Shown here piece after piece: positions 20,367 through 30,281 of a stretch of 64,000 bases of DNA. The notes under the pieces are model-generated. The model had not been told where the DNA came from, did not search any database, and saw only the letters and a program-made list of their open reading frames with translations. Source of the stretch: Polyangiaceae bacterium (GTDB lineage Bacteria > Myxococcota_A > Polyangia > Polyangiales > Polyangiaceae); contig CBDCTZ010000015.1 of assembly GCA_965222375.1 (NCBI GenBank), positions 1,088,001 through 1,152,000 on the forward strand, in the 5' to 3' direction. The position numbers were made by a program, and so were the translations under genes. Within the stretch, counting starts at the first letter, position 1. Each line of letters starts with the position of its first letter.

Positions 20367-21572
20367 TCAAGTGAACACGCTTTGGGTTTCCGGCGTGGGC
20401 AACACCACGGCGGGGTCCAGCTTCTGCCCCGTGGCGCAGACAGCGGCGATTTGATCCATGTGCTCGGCTGTCATGCCCACCAGGGCCATCTGACGTGCAT
20501 CCCGCATCATCTTCTCGACGATGACGTCTCGCATGAACCCGGCGCCTCCGTGCAGCTGCACGGCGTCGTCGCTACAGCGCATGGCGACTTCGTGGGCGTG
20601 TGCCACAGCCTGGGCCGTTGCCTGAAGAGCGCGCGGTTCCTTCTTCCCCGCGTCCCAATGCCATGCGGCACGGCGCACGAGTTCGCGAGCGCTTTCCACG
20701 TCCATATGCCGATCTGCCAGCGTGAACGCCACGGCTTGGAAGTGCCCGATGGGTTTGCCAAATGCCTTTCGCATTTCGCAATACTCGCGCGTCAAGTCGA
20801 AGGCGGCGCGAGACAGCCCCACTTGGCGCGCGGCGACCATCAACGAATATTTGGCAAAGAAGCGCAGAGTCGCTGCCGTGAAGTCGTCACCGCCCTGCAA
20901 ACGATCCGCGGCCGTCACAGCCACCTTGCTCAAGGACAGTTCGCCGAAGTTCGCGCACTGAAGCCCCAAAGTGTCGTACCGAGCCTCGAGTTCGACCCCC
21001 GGCGCATCCCGCTTGACGACGAAGGCGCCAATGCCGTTCCAGTCTTGCTCCGGCTCGACCTGCGCGAACACCACGAAGCGCTCCGCCAGCGCGGCATTGC
21101 TCACGAAGGTCTTTTTCCCAGTGATCTCGAAACCGTCCCCCGCCGGCTTGGCGATAGTGACGAAACCCGGATGGTCACGATTGGGCGCGCGCTCACTCCA
21201 AGCCACGGCACCGAAGCCGGCCTCGCTGAGCAAGGGCTCGAGTAGGCCACGCGCCTGTTCCTCGCTGCCGAGCTCCAACGCGGCGAAGCCGAAGGCGCCG
21301 AAGGACGGCAATCCAAACGGCGTCGCAGCGTCGCCATAGGCGAGCTCCTCGTTGATCATCGTGGCTGTCAGCAGCCCCAAACCCTGGCCCCCATGGCTCT
21401 CAGGAATGTGGGCTGCGCCCAGCGCCATCTCCTGAACGGCACCGCGCACCACATCACTCACGGCCCGATCCGCTTCGAACTTCCGCGCGTTCGGCGCCAA
21501 GGACGCCTTCGCGAAGTCCGCGACCGTGCCGAGGATCAGCTGCTGGTCCTCACTCGAATCGAAGGAAATCAT
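20367..21572 (-). CDS. Acyl-CoA dehydrogenase-like subunit
   Basis: EELAYGD, ITGKKTFV, RKAFGKPIGHFQAV, AVQLHGGAGF; degenerate C-terminal active-site motif. Confidence 0.9.
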   Translation of the reverse strand: MISFDSSEDQQLILGTVADFAKASLAPNARKFEADRAVSDVVRGAVQEMALGAAHIPESHGGQGLGLLTATMINEELAYGDAATPFGLPSFGAFGFAALELGSEEQARGLLEPLLSEAGFGAVAWSERAPNRDHPGFVTIAKPAGDGFEITGKKTFVSNAALAERFVVFAQVEPEQDWNGIGAFVVKRDAPGVELEARYDTLGLQCANFGELSLSKVAVTAADRLQGGDDFTAATLRFFAKYSLMVAARQVGLSRAAFDLTREYCEMRKAFGKPIGHFQAVAFTLADRHMDVESARELVRRAAWHWDAGKKEPRALQATAQAVAHAHEVAMRCSDDAVQLHGGAGFMRDVIVEKMMRDARQMALVGMTAEHMDQIAAVCATGQKLDPAVVLPTPETQSVFT

Positions 21573-21931
21573 CGCATTTTCTCCTGCTGCGCCATTGTAT
21601 AGTCACACTACACAACATGCGCAACCAAATTCGGCCGGCGGGCCGAATTTGACCAATAAAGCCCCGCTGCGGCCACGCGGAAGGCCCTTCCACTTTGTCC
21701 AGCCAGCGTGACGACTCCGGGGGACCAGAAGCTCGCACGCGTGCATGTTGAATGTCCTCGCACCGCTCGTTCCTGATCGAGCTTTTGTTTTGGTCTGGGC
21801 TGCTTTGTGTCTCCCTGATCGCCGCCTGCGTTCCACCTCAACTTGCGCCTCGGGCAACCACACGGTGATCCCAAAAGACGCCACCGCCATGGTCCGCAGT
21901 CAGGCAAACACGGTTCTGGAATCCTGTACCA

Positions 21932-22684
21932 TCACTTCTTTGTGGTTTTCGTAGTCTTCGCGGACTCGTCAGCTTCCGGCGGTGGACTCGCCTTTTGTAA
22001 CAGGGCGACTAGCTCTTGGGCGTCCGTACTGGCGCGACCGATCGCCTTGGTGAGTGAGTTCAGAACGACGTGCGCATCCGTGAGGTTGCGTTGCGTCTCT
22101 TTCGAGCGTGCGGGTCCCAGAAGCCGGAAGCGCTCTTCGCGTTTACTCTCGAGGCTGGGCAGCATTGCCCGGAGCGTCTCGATCTTCTTGCTCGCGGCAC
22201 GCAGCTGAACCACCAGGTTGGCCGCGCGCTTGGCAACCGGCGTCAACGTTTTGGTGAGTGACGTCGACTGCGCGTTGCCTTTGGCATCAATAAGGGTCAC
22301 GACCGCGTCGGTTTCGCGGGCGCCTTCCTCGAGCCCGATGAACTCGATCTTCAGCGTCGAACTGCCCTGCGAGAGTTCCTCGAGCTTCTTCTCAAACCTC
22401 GGAAAAATGAGCTCCGTGGAAGCGTGGCCAGCAAGCCCAAGCTCAGTCGCCAGGGCGGTGTGCAAGGCCTGCTGCTCGCTCGGAGCCTCGAGGCTCAGCT
22501 TCTGAATGGCGTGGATCTGCCGGAAGAAGGCGTCGTACTCGGGCTCGCTGGACTCATAGAGCTCCGCCTGGCTCACGGCGGTAGGTCCCGTATTGGGCAG
22601 GGCGAAACACGCTGTCAGCCAAACTGAGCCGGCGGCGGACAGCGCCCCAATGAAGTGCCTTGCGCGCGGGGTCAGTGGGCGCAT
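21932..22684 (-). CDS. Helical/coiled-coil lipoprotein
   Basis: Lipobox WLTAC; helical composition. Confidence 0.55.
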   Translation of the reverse strand: MRPLTPRARHFIGALSAAGSVWLTACFALPNTGPTAVSQAELYESSEPEYDAFFRQIHAIQKLSLEAPSEQQALHTALATELGLAGHASTELIFPRFEKKLEELSQGSSTLKIEFIGLEEGARETDAVVTLIDAKGNAQSTSLTKTLTPVAKRAANLVVQLRAASKKIETLRAMLPSLESKREERFRLLGPARSKETQRNLTDAHVVLNSLTKAIGRASTDAQELVALLQKASPPPEADESAKTTKTTKK

Positions 22685-23511
22685 TGGATTTTGGACGCCT
22701 TGGCCGCCATGGGGATCGTCTGGCTGCCGTCGGTCCAGGTCACGTTCAGAGTCCATTCGCCACCGCAGTAGCCACAGGGCGCTCCAGAGCCCTTGCCGGA
22801 ACCGAAGACCTTCTTGTGGTTGGTGGTGAGACTCTTGCCTGCCGGCACGCTTCCGCTTTGTGTCGGGTTGACGTCGAACTTCCAGTCCATCGTGTTGCCC
22901 CCGGGGGACTTCATGCTCATGCGGGTGCTCGTGATCTTGAGGCTGCCCGCTGCCGTCCCCGTGTTCGTGTACTTTGCGTCGAAACTACCATTGATGGGAT
23001 CCGGTACAACGCCGGGCTGGCAGTTCACCCAGAACTCCATCTTCCCGAAGCTGGGTGCGATCTTGGCGCCCCCACCTCCGCCACCCGCAGAGCCCGCGCT
23101 ACCCGCAGAGCCCGCGCTACCCGCAGAGCCTGCGCTACCCGCACTGCCGCCTTGACCCGCTGAACCCGCGCTTCCAGCTGAACCCGCGCTTCCAGCTGAA
23201 CCCGCGCTTCCAGCTGAACCCGCGCTTCCAGCTGAACCCGCGCTTCCAGCTGAACCCGCGCTTCCAGCTGAACCCGCGCTTCCAGCTTGTCCACCCGCGC
23301 CGCCACTCTGGCCTCCGGCACCGCCACTTGCGCCAGCCGCGCCGCCACTTGCGCCTCCCGTGCCGCCACTTGCGCCTCCCGTGCCACCGGTGCCCCCACT
23401 TGCACCACCGGTTCCAGCCCCTCCTCCGCTACCGTCGGAGTCACTGTCACCACTACACGCAGCAACGGAAACGGAAAGTACCAACAGGCCCAAACAAGAA
23501 AGCGTCTTCAT
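22672..23511 (-). CDS. Lipoprotein with (SAG)n repeat stalk
   Basis: MKTLSCLGLLVLSVSVAAC; 18-bp tandem repeats ~23085-23285. Confidence 0.7.
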   Translation of the reverse strand: MKTLSCLGLLVLSVSVAACSGDSDSDGSGGGAGTGGASGGTGGTGGASGGTGGASGGAAGASGGAGGQSGGAGGQAGSAGSAGSAGSAGSAGSAGSAGSAGSAGSAGSAGSAGSAGSAGQGGSAGSAGSAGSAGSAGSAGSAGGGGGGAKIAPSFGKMEFWVNCQPGVVPDPINGSFDAKYTNTGTAAGSLKITSTRMSMKSPGGNTMDWKFDVNPTQSGSVPAGKSLTTNHKKVFGSGKGSGAPCGYCGGEWTLNVTWTDGSQTIPMAAKASKIQCAH

Positions 23512-23693
23512 CGCGCGGAGCATACGAACTGCAGAACTTCTTGCAAGGGCTCTAGCCCCGCAACCCGGTGCAGCCGGCAAGCTGTAGACCGCGAGCGAGA
23601 GGCCCGGAGCGGATTGCCCTTGGCCCAAAACAGCTCTGTTGCCATCCCCCCAAAAAATGCAAGAGAACCGGCGCCGTTCGCGTAGGCGGGTCT

Positions 23694-24503
23694 CTATGGC
23701 TGCACATCCACGAGCCTCGGTCCGGCCCACAGAAGCACGTCGTCTACGGAAGCGCTACCGTTCGCGGTGACGGCGAGGGAGATGTCGAGGGCCTGTCCAG
23801 CGTAGGCCGCGAGATCGATCTCGAGATCGTCGACCTTCTTGTCGTTGGTCTGCGTGCCTTCCTTGAACAACTCGGGGAGCCCGGAGGCACCTGCCTTGTG
23901 GACCAAGACCTGCCATTTGACGTTGCAGCTCGGCGACGCGTCTGGACAGCCAAGTCGAACCTTGAACATCGGTTTCGTCGATCCAACCAGGCTGAGGCCG
24001 GTGAATTGGGCACTGGTGACTCCCTCCTTGGTGATGGGCGGATGGACCCGAAGCACCATCGACTCGGTGATTCCCCCCTCGAGCACCGCCGCTGCCAGAA
24101 GCTGAACGCTGGCTCCAACCAGAGGCTTGTTGCATTCGACGGGAGTTGCCGCCGACACGAGATCTGGCGATTCCAGCCAAGTAGGGTCGCACCCGTGCGC
24201 GAAGAAGTCGTACAGGACTTTTTCCGACGGACCTGCATCAACGCTAGCGTCAGAGCCGGCGTCAGTTCCACCGCTCCCGCCTGCACCTGAGCTGCCCCCC
24301 GTTCCCGCGTCGGATGCTCCGCCGTTGCCGCCCGTTCCGGCTCCGGAGACTCCACCGCTTCCACCCGTACTGGTGCCAGCGCTGCCACCGCTCGCGACCC
24401 CAGCGCTCCCTCCAGAGCCGGAAAAGGTCCGCGGTTCGTCGTCAGAACAACCCGCACACAGGAGGAGGACACCAAGCAATGCGAGCGACGGTGTTTTCGA
24501 CAT
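23694..24503 (-). CDS. Gly-rich lipoprotein with C-terminal beta-sandwich-like domain
   Basis: Lipobox CAGC; IDLAAYAGQ...LLWAGPRL. Confidence 0.65.
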   Translation of the reverse strand: MSKTPSLALLGVLLLCAGCSDDEPRTFSGSGGSAGVASGGSAGTSTGGSGGVSGAGTGGNGGASDAGTGGSSGAGGSGGTDAGSDASVDAGPSEKVLYDFFAHGCDPTWLESPDLVSAATPVECNKPLVGASVQLLAAAVLEGGITESMVLRVHPPITKEGVTSAQFTGLSLVGSTKPMFKVRLGCPDASPSCNVKWQVLVHKAGASGLPELFKEGTQTNDKKVDDLEIDLAAYAGQALDISLAVTANGSASVDDVLLWAGPRLVDVQP

Positions 24504-24598
24504 GGTGAAGGCTCCAGCTATCATGGCCACGCACCAATGTTGGCATGGGTCAGTGAAATCCCACAGGGAAAAGGTTGGGCGGCCTCAGTGGATGTGCG

Positions 24599-24921
24599 GT
24601 TGCGTCGCAACTCTGATTGCGTGGGGCGTGGGGGCGCTCATTCCAGTGTTGCATCCGCAACTCTGATTTCAGCGCGCGCGGCGGCGCTCATTCCAGTGTT
24701 GCATCCGCAGCTCTGATTTCAGGGAGCGCGGGGGCGCCCATTGCAGTGTTGCATCCGCAACTCTGATTTCAGGGAGCGTGGGGGCGCCCATTGCAGTGTT
24801 GCATCCGCAACTCTGGTTTCAGGGAGCGCGGGGGCGCCCATTGCAGTGTTGCATCCGCAACTCTGGTTTCAGGGAGCGCGGGGGCGCCCATTGCAGTGTT
24901 GCATCCGCAACTCTGGTTTCA
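24599..24921. repeat. Intergenic 50-bp tandem repeat array (~6.5 units) with internal palindrome GTTGC-ATCC-GCAAC
   Basis: Units start 24599, 24648, 24698, 24748, 24798, 24848, 24898. Confidence 0.95.
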
Positions 24922-25216
24922 AGATGAGCTGCCCCTCGATTGCGGGTGCGTGGGGGATTGACGGTGGCCGCTGGAGTTCCGGACAAATCCGGGTGGGACT
25001 AGGGGTCGGACGAGTCCATCATCCGCCGAGTGGTCCTGGCAGATTTCGGCGCGAGGCGCAGAAACGGGCGTCACTGAACATCGATTCATTCTCGGCATGG
25101 GCCACGGGACGAGCCCCCCATTTCGGGGGAAAACCAGGGACTAGGTCGAGCACCGCCGTGAATCGCTTTCGAAGCTTGCGTGGGTGGGGGCAGCGATCTA
25201 GGGTCCCCGCCCCCCC

Positions 25217-25528
25217 ATGAAAGCGGCAGTAATTCGTACCGGCGGTAAGCAGTACCGCGTAACCGAAGGCGACGTCATCGAGATCGAGAAGATCGCGGGC
25301 GACAAGGGCGCCAAGATCGAGTTCGACGAGGTTCTCCTCGTTGGTGGCGACAAGGTCAAGGTGGGCAAGCCCACCGTCAGTGGCGCGAAAGTGGCCGGCG
25401 AGATCCTCGGGCAGGAGCGCGGTGACAAGATCGTGGTCTTCAAGTTCAAGCGCCGCAAGAAGTACCGCCGCAAGGCAGGGCATCGCCAAGAACACACTCA
25501 GGTGAAGATCACCGGGATTGCAGGCTGA
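25217..25528 (+). CDS. rplU: 50S ribosomal protein L21
   Basis: AVIRTGGKQYRV...FKFKRRKKYRRKAGHRQ. Confidence 0.98.
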   Translation: MKAAVIRTGGKQYRVTEGDVIEIEKIAGDKGAKIEFDEVLLVGGDKVKVGKPTVSGAKVAGEILGQERGDKIVVFKFKRRKKYRRKAGHRQEHTQVKITGIAG

Positions 25529-25531
25529 ACC

Positions 25532-25807
25532 ATGGCACACAAGAAAGGTGGCGGCTCAACACGCAACGGTCGCGGCTCGAACGCGCAACATCGCGGCGTC
25601 AAGGTCTACGGTGGTGAAGCCGTACGCGCCGGCGGCATCTTGGTTCGCCAGGTCGGTCAGTCGATCAACCCGGGCCGCAACGTCGGCGTCGGCAAGGACT
25701 TCACGCTCTTCGCGCTGGTGGACGGCACGGTGGCCTACGAGTGGGCCTCCCGCACCAAGAAGAAGGTCAGCGTTTATCCCGAAGGCCAAGCGCCCAAGGC
25801 TAACTGA
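25532..25807 (+). CDS. rpmA: 50S ribosomal protein L27
   Basis: [14 protein letters not shown]...[10 protein letters not shown]. Confidence 0.98.
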   Translation: MAHKKGGGSTRNGRGSNAQHRGVKVYGGEAVRAGGILVRQVGQSINPGRNVGVGKDFTLFALVDGTVAYEWASRTKKKVSVYPEGQAPKAN

Positions 25808-25840
25808 CCACCGGGTCATCTCAGGGGCGGTGGCCCAGCG

Positions 25841-26677
25841 ATGACTCGATACAAGCTATTGGTCACTGACCTCGACGGCACTCTGCTTGCCGGCGATGGC
25901 TTTGCGCATGCCAGCGACGCTGCCGCGTTGCGCGAACTGCTCGCGCGGGGCGTTCGGGTCAGCATGTGCACCGGGCGCATGTATTCCGGAACGCGGCATG
26001 TCGCCGTGTCGGTTGGACTGGAAGGTCCTGTGGGCTGCTTGGACGGCAGCCACGTCGTGGACACTTCGTCGGACCGGGAAGTGGCCTGCCATGCATTGAG
26101 TGAACTCGCGACCGAGACCTTGCTGGAGACGCTGGATTTCCACGGGGCGACGCCTTTTGTCTTTGCCGGTGACTCGATTTTCCACGACGAGGGCGGCGAC
26201 CACTATCGCGACTTCGTTCAGATCTGGTCCGAAAAGATGCTGCGGGTGCCGAAACTGAACCCCGCGCCGTGGACTGGGCGGCAGCAGGTCGCAGCAGTCG
26301 TGTCCCTCGGGCAAGAGCATCATGTGCGTCAGGCCGCGACGAAGCTCGAGCAGCAGTCCGAGGACGTGCAGGTGGTGCTCTTTCCAGTGAGCCATCCGGC
26401 ATATCAGGGAAGCTGGGGCATGGTGGTGCGACGCGCTGGGGTGGACAAGGCGACCGCGCTTCGAGAGCTATGCGAACACTATGGCGTCAAGATGGAGGAG
26501 ACCGTGACGGTCGGAGACTGGCTCAATGACGTTCCGATGCTCAGAGCCGCGGGTCGTTCTTTCGCGATGGGTCAGGCACCCCGCACGGTGAAGATGGCCG
26601 CCACGGATGTCCTGGAATCGGATACGTGGACGGGTGGTGGCGTGGAAGAGGCCGCCCGAAGGTCCGGACTATTATGA
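25841..26677 (+). CDS. Cof-type HAD-IIB hydrolase
   Basis: DLDGTLL, CTGR, DKA, GDWLNDVPML. Confidence 0.9.
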   Translation: MTRYKLLVTDLDGTLLAGDGFAHASDAAALRELLARGVRVSMCTGRMYSGTRHVAVSVGLEGPVGCLDGSHVVDTSSDREVACHALSELATETLLETLDFHGATPFVFAGDSIFHDEGGDHYRDFVQIWSEKMLRVPKLNPAPWTGRQQVAAVVSLGQEHHVRQAATKLEQQSEDVQVVLFPVSHPAYQGSWGMVVRRAGVDKATALRELCEHYGVKMEETVTVGDWLNDVPMLRAAGRSFAMGQAPRTVKMAATDVLESDTWTGGGVEEAARRSGLL

Positions 26678-26719
26678 GCCCGGTCGTCGCGGGACACCGC
26701 AGCGCGTGGTAGGGGCAGT

Positions 26720-27334
26720 ATGAGCGTGGAAACTCAATCCCCCCGTCGTCCGGTGTACCTGGTCATCGCGCTTCTGGCGATGTGGCTGACCGGAATGAAC
26801 GCCGCTGCCGAAGGCTGGCTGGCAATCGAGGTCCTTCGCAATCCCCTGGTCGCCGCACCCTCGAGCGTGGGCGCGCCAGACATCGACAGCGTGGTCCGGG
26901 CGGCCTTCGTCGCTGCGCTGGCCGACAACGCACGTCACAGCCTACCGCTGGGCATCGCGGACCTCATCCTGGGCACCACCCTCGTGATAGTAGCCGCGAA
27001 GGCTTTGTTCGGCCGCCGGGCGTCCCCATCCTTCGCACTGCAAGTCATCGGCGCGAACCTGGTCGTGCTGATCGTCGGCTACGCCCTGCGCCAACCCGTC
27101 CGGGAACGAGTCGTGGAATCCGTCGTTCAGAGCGGGCTCGAAGAGAGACCGGCCAAGGTGGAGGCGGCGGAATTCCAGTCCCTCGTGCGCACCAAGTGGT
27201 GGTGGTCCTTCCGGGTACATCTGGGGCTCCAGTTTGCGGCTTTGTCGCTGTCGGCATTCGCGCTGACGCGGCGCTCGGCGCGGGAGCTGCTTGCGCCCGA
27301 GAGCAGCGACCCGGCTCCGGAAGAAGAAGGCTAG
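26720..27334 (+). CDS. Hypothetical membrane protein
   Basis: Four hydrophobic segments; in operon with mutL. Confidence 0.65.
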   Translation: MSVETQSPRRPVYLVIALLAMWLTGMNAAAEGWLAIEVLRNPLVAAPSSVGAPDIDSVVRAAFVAALADNARHSLPLGIADLILGTTLVIVAAKALFGRRASPSFALQVIGANLVVLIVGYALRQPVRERVVESVVQSGLEERPAKVEAAEFQSLVRTKWWWSFRVHLGLQFAALSLSAFALTRRSARELLAPESSDPAPEEEG

Positions 27335-27341
27335 GGCGCCT

Positions 27342-29159
27342 GTGGCGAAGATCCACGTTCTCAGCTCCGACTTGGCCAACCAAATCGCGGCGGGGGAAGT
27401 CGTGGAGCGTCCATCCAGCGCGGTCAAGGAGTTGGTGGAAAACGCCCTCGATGCCGGTGCGACGCGGGTGGAGGTCGAGATTGAAGGAGGCGGCATCACG
27501 CGGATCTGCGTGAGCGACGATGGTCACGGTATGAGCGGTGAAGATGCCGTGTTGTGCTTGCAGCGCCACGCGACCAGCAAGATCGATTCCTTGGCAGATC
27601 TGGAGCGCGTCACGAGCTTCGGTTTTCGCGGTGAGGCGCTGCCCAGCGTTGCCTCAGTGAGTCGCTTTCAGCTGATCACGCGAGCTCGAGAAGAAGACGC
27701 CGGCACGCGAGTTCATATGGAAGGCGGCGGCGAGCCAGCGTCATCGCCTACCGGTCGCCCCATCGGCACCACAGTGGAGGTGCGCGACCTGTTCTTCAAC
27801 GTACCGGCGCGGCGCAAGTTCTTGCGGTCGAGCGGCACGGAGTCGGGCCATGTCACCGAGGTATTCGAGTGTGCGGCTCTGGCGAACCCCGAAACGACAT
27901 TCATTCTCACGCGGGATGGCCGCAAGCTGCGGGAATACCTGCGAGCGCCATCGCGCCAGGAGCGGGCCGCTCAAGTGTTCGGCGACGAAGAGCTTGCGCA
28001 CTGCACTGGAGAGCGCGGGCCGCTCAAGCTGGAAGCCTTCTTGTCCAGGCCGGAGCGAGCACGCAGCGGCGCCTCGGGGCTCAAGTTGATGGTGAATTCT
28101 CGCCCCGTCAAAGATCGCGCGCTGGCCCTCACGGTGGCTCAAGCCTACGGCAGCGTGCTCGAGCGCGGGCGCTACCCGCGAGGCGTGGTCTACGTCGAGC
28201 TGCCACCACAATTGGTGGACGTGAACGTCCATCCGCAAAAGGCGGAAGTGCGCTTCGCGGATCCCCGCGCCGCCATGGATGCCGTTTACTCCATGCTCAG
28301 CAAGGCGCTGTCCACGGCGTTTTCGATCCCAACTGCGCCACGCAGCCGCTGGGGCTCTCCCAACAAGGCGGTGCGCAGCGTGCCCGCAGCGGCCAACACG
28401 GCAGCAGCGCCGGCAGCGGCAAGTGGTGCGACCGCGACGGCGGATGCGAGCCAGGACGCGACGGCAGCAGATCCCTGGGGCCTGGCACCAGCGGGCCTTG
28501 GCCCACCGGGCCCCGAGAGCGAGCCGCCCCTGGTCGTGCGGGACAGCGCGGCGAGCCCGATTCGTCCGGCGCCGGAGCTGCAATGGTCCAACCTGCGCTT
28601 CATCGCACAGGTGCGACACACCTATTTGATCTGCGAGGCGGATGACGGGCTGTACGTCCTCGACCAACACGCCGCGGCCGAGCGCGTGGCCTTCGATCGA
28701 CTGCGCAAGGCCTATCGAACGCAAACCGTGGCGTCCCAGTCGCTGCTGTTCCCCCTGAGCATCGAGGTCTCTGCCGCAGAAGCGGACTTCGTGGAGGAAC
28801 ACGCCAACGCCCTGGCCGGCGCGGGTCTCGATCTGCGCCAGCGCGGCCCTGAGACCGTGAGCATTCACGCGGTGCCGAAGCTCTTGCAGCGCGCCAGCCC
28901 GGAGCGACTGGTGCGGGATCTGCTCTCGGAAATGATGCGCACGGGTGGTCGAGCGTTTTCCGACGCGGTGGATCTGACCTTGGCCACCATGGCCTGTCAT
29001 GGCTCGATTCGCGCGGGCGATGTGCTTTCAGCGGAGGAAGCAAAGGCACTGCTGGTCTCCCTGGACGAAGCGGACTTCGCAGGTCACTGCCCCCATGGTC
29101 GCCCGGTGGTCACCGCCATGAGCTGGGCAGAACTCGATCGCAAGGTCGGCCGGCGCTGA
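27342..29159 (+). CDS. mutL: DNA mismatch repair endonuclease MutL
   Basis: NQIAAGEVVERP, GFRGEAL, DVNVHPQK, DQHAAAER, ACH, CPHGRP. Confidence 0.97.
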   Translation: MAKIHVLSSDLANQIAAGEVVERPSSAVKELVENALDAGATRVEVEIEGGGITRICVSDDGHGMSGEDAVLCLQRHATSKIDSLADLERVTSFGFRGEALPSVASVSRFQLITRAREEDAGTRVHMEGGGEPASSPTGRPIGTTVEVRDLFFNVPARRKFLRSSGTESGHVTEVFECAALANPETTFILTRDGRKLREYLRAPSRQERAAQVFGDEELAHCTGERGPLKLEAFLSRPERARSGASGLKLMVNSRPVKDRALALTVAQAYGSVLERGRYPRGVVYVELPPQLVDVNVHPQKAEVRFADPRAAMDAVYSMLSKALSTAFSIPTAPRSRWGSPNKAVRSVPAAANTAAAPAAASGATATADASQDATAADPWGLAPAGLGPPGPESEPPLVVRDSAASPIRPAPELQWSNLRFIAQVRHTYLICEADDGLYVLDQHAAAERVAFDRLRKAYRTQTVASQSLLFPLSIEVSAAEADFVEEHANALAGAGLDLRQRGPETVSIHAVPKLLQRASPERLVRDLLSEMMRTGGRAFSDAVDLTLATMACHGSIRAGDVLSAEEAKALLVSLDEADFAGHCPHGRPVVTAMSWAELDRKVGRR

Positions 29160-29165
29160 GTCGTC

Positions 29166-30125
29166 ATGGCAACGCCCGCTCTCTGGGTCGTCGTCGGACC
29201 CACGGCATCTGGCAAGACCGAGCTCGCGCTTCGCATGTGCGAGCGTCTCGGCGGGGAAATCATCAGTGCGGACAGCGTGCAAGTCTACCGCCACTTCGAC
29301 ATCGGTAGCGGCAAACCCAGCGCGGAAGAACGAGCGCGAGCGACGCATCACTTGGTCGACATTGTCGAGCCAACGGAAAACATGGACGCTGCCATCTGGA
29401 GCGCTCGAGCGGACGACGCCATTGCGTGTGTGCGGGCCCGTGGACGCGTGCCCATCGTGTGTGGCGGCACGTTCTTGTGGGTCAAGACCTTGCTTCGCGG
29501 GCTGGCGCCGGCACCCACGGCGGACGATGGTGTACGCGCCGCTCATCGCGCACTGGTCGACAGCGAAGGTCGCGCAGCGCTGCATGCCAAGCTGGCGGAA
29601 GTCGACCCGGTGAGCGCCGAGCGTCTCAATCCGAACGACTTCGTGCGCGTCAGTCGCGCCCTCGAGGTGTTCGAACTGTCTGGCAAACCCATGAGCCAAT
29701 GGCAGCAGGAGCACGCCTTCCAAGACACGCGCTACGAAGCGCGGCTGCTCGGCGTACGGCGCACGCCACAAGAGCTGGACGCGCGCATTCGCGCCCGCGC
29801 GGAGGCGATGCTTGCGGCGGGTTGGGCCGAGGAAGTGCGATCGCTGGCGGCGCGAGGGTTCGCGGACACCAAGCCCATGGGCGCGGTTGGGTACAAGCAA
29901 GTGCTCGCGGCACACAGGGCGGAGCAGTGCGACGATAATGTTCGTGCGGAGCAACCGCGCGGCGCAGATGTCGACGCAAAGGCGCCGCCCTCGGAGGCGG
30001 AGCTGTTGGACAACATCGTGCGCGCGACCCGCGTCTTCGCGCGGCGCCAGCGCACCTGGTTGCGCGACGAGGACGTGAAGTGGCTCGACGGAGGCGCGTG
30101 CGGATCCGGAGGCTCCTACAGTTGA
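29166..30125 (+). CDS. miaA: tRNA dimethylallyltransferase
   Basis: GPTASGKT, ISADSVQVY, DIGSGKP, CGGT, FARRQRTW; follows mutL. Confidence 0.95.
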   Translation: MATPALWVVVGPTASGKTELALRMCERLGGEIISADSVQVYRHFDIGSGKPSAEERARATHHLVDIVEPTENMDAAIWSARADDAIACVRARGRVPIVCGGTFLWVKTLLRGLAPAPTADDGVRAAHRALVDSEGRAALHAKLAEVDPVSAERLNPNDFVRVSRALEVFELSGKPMSQWQQEHAFQDTRYEARLLGVRRTPQELDARIRARAEAMLAAGWAEEVRSLAARGFADTKPMGAVGYKQVLAAHRAEQCDDNVRAEQPRGADVDAKAPPSEAELLDNIVRATRVFARRQRTWLRDEDVKWLDGGACGSGGSYS

Positions 30126-30281
30126 CATCTGTCAGGTTGACCGAAGTTCCGGAAATGGAACGCAAGCGTCGGCGCCACTCGTCTGGGACGTGAGTGAACT
30201 CCCACCCGCCGGCATCGCCCGCATAGATCCAGGTGAATCAAGCGACTGCCACGAGGCCTACATGTCGACGGATGTCGACCC

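Noticed and set aside
24599..24921. CRISPR array (GTTGC-starting palindromic repeats)
   Set aside because: Intervening segments are near-identical rather than unique spacers, the period is only 50 bp, and there are no cas genes in the window.
29915..29990. Insertion near the MiaA C-terminus (RAEQ…RAEQ)
   Set aside because: Short in-frame low-complexity loop; no evidence of intein or mobile element.
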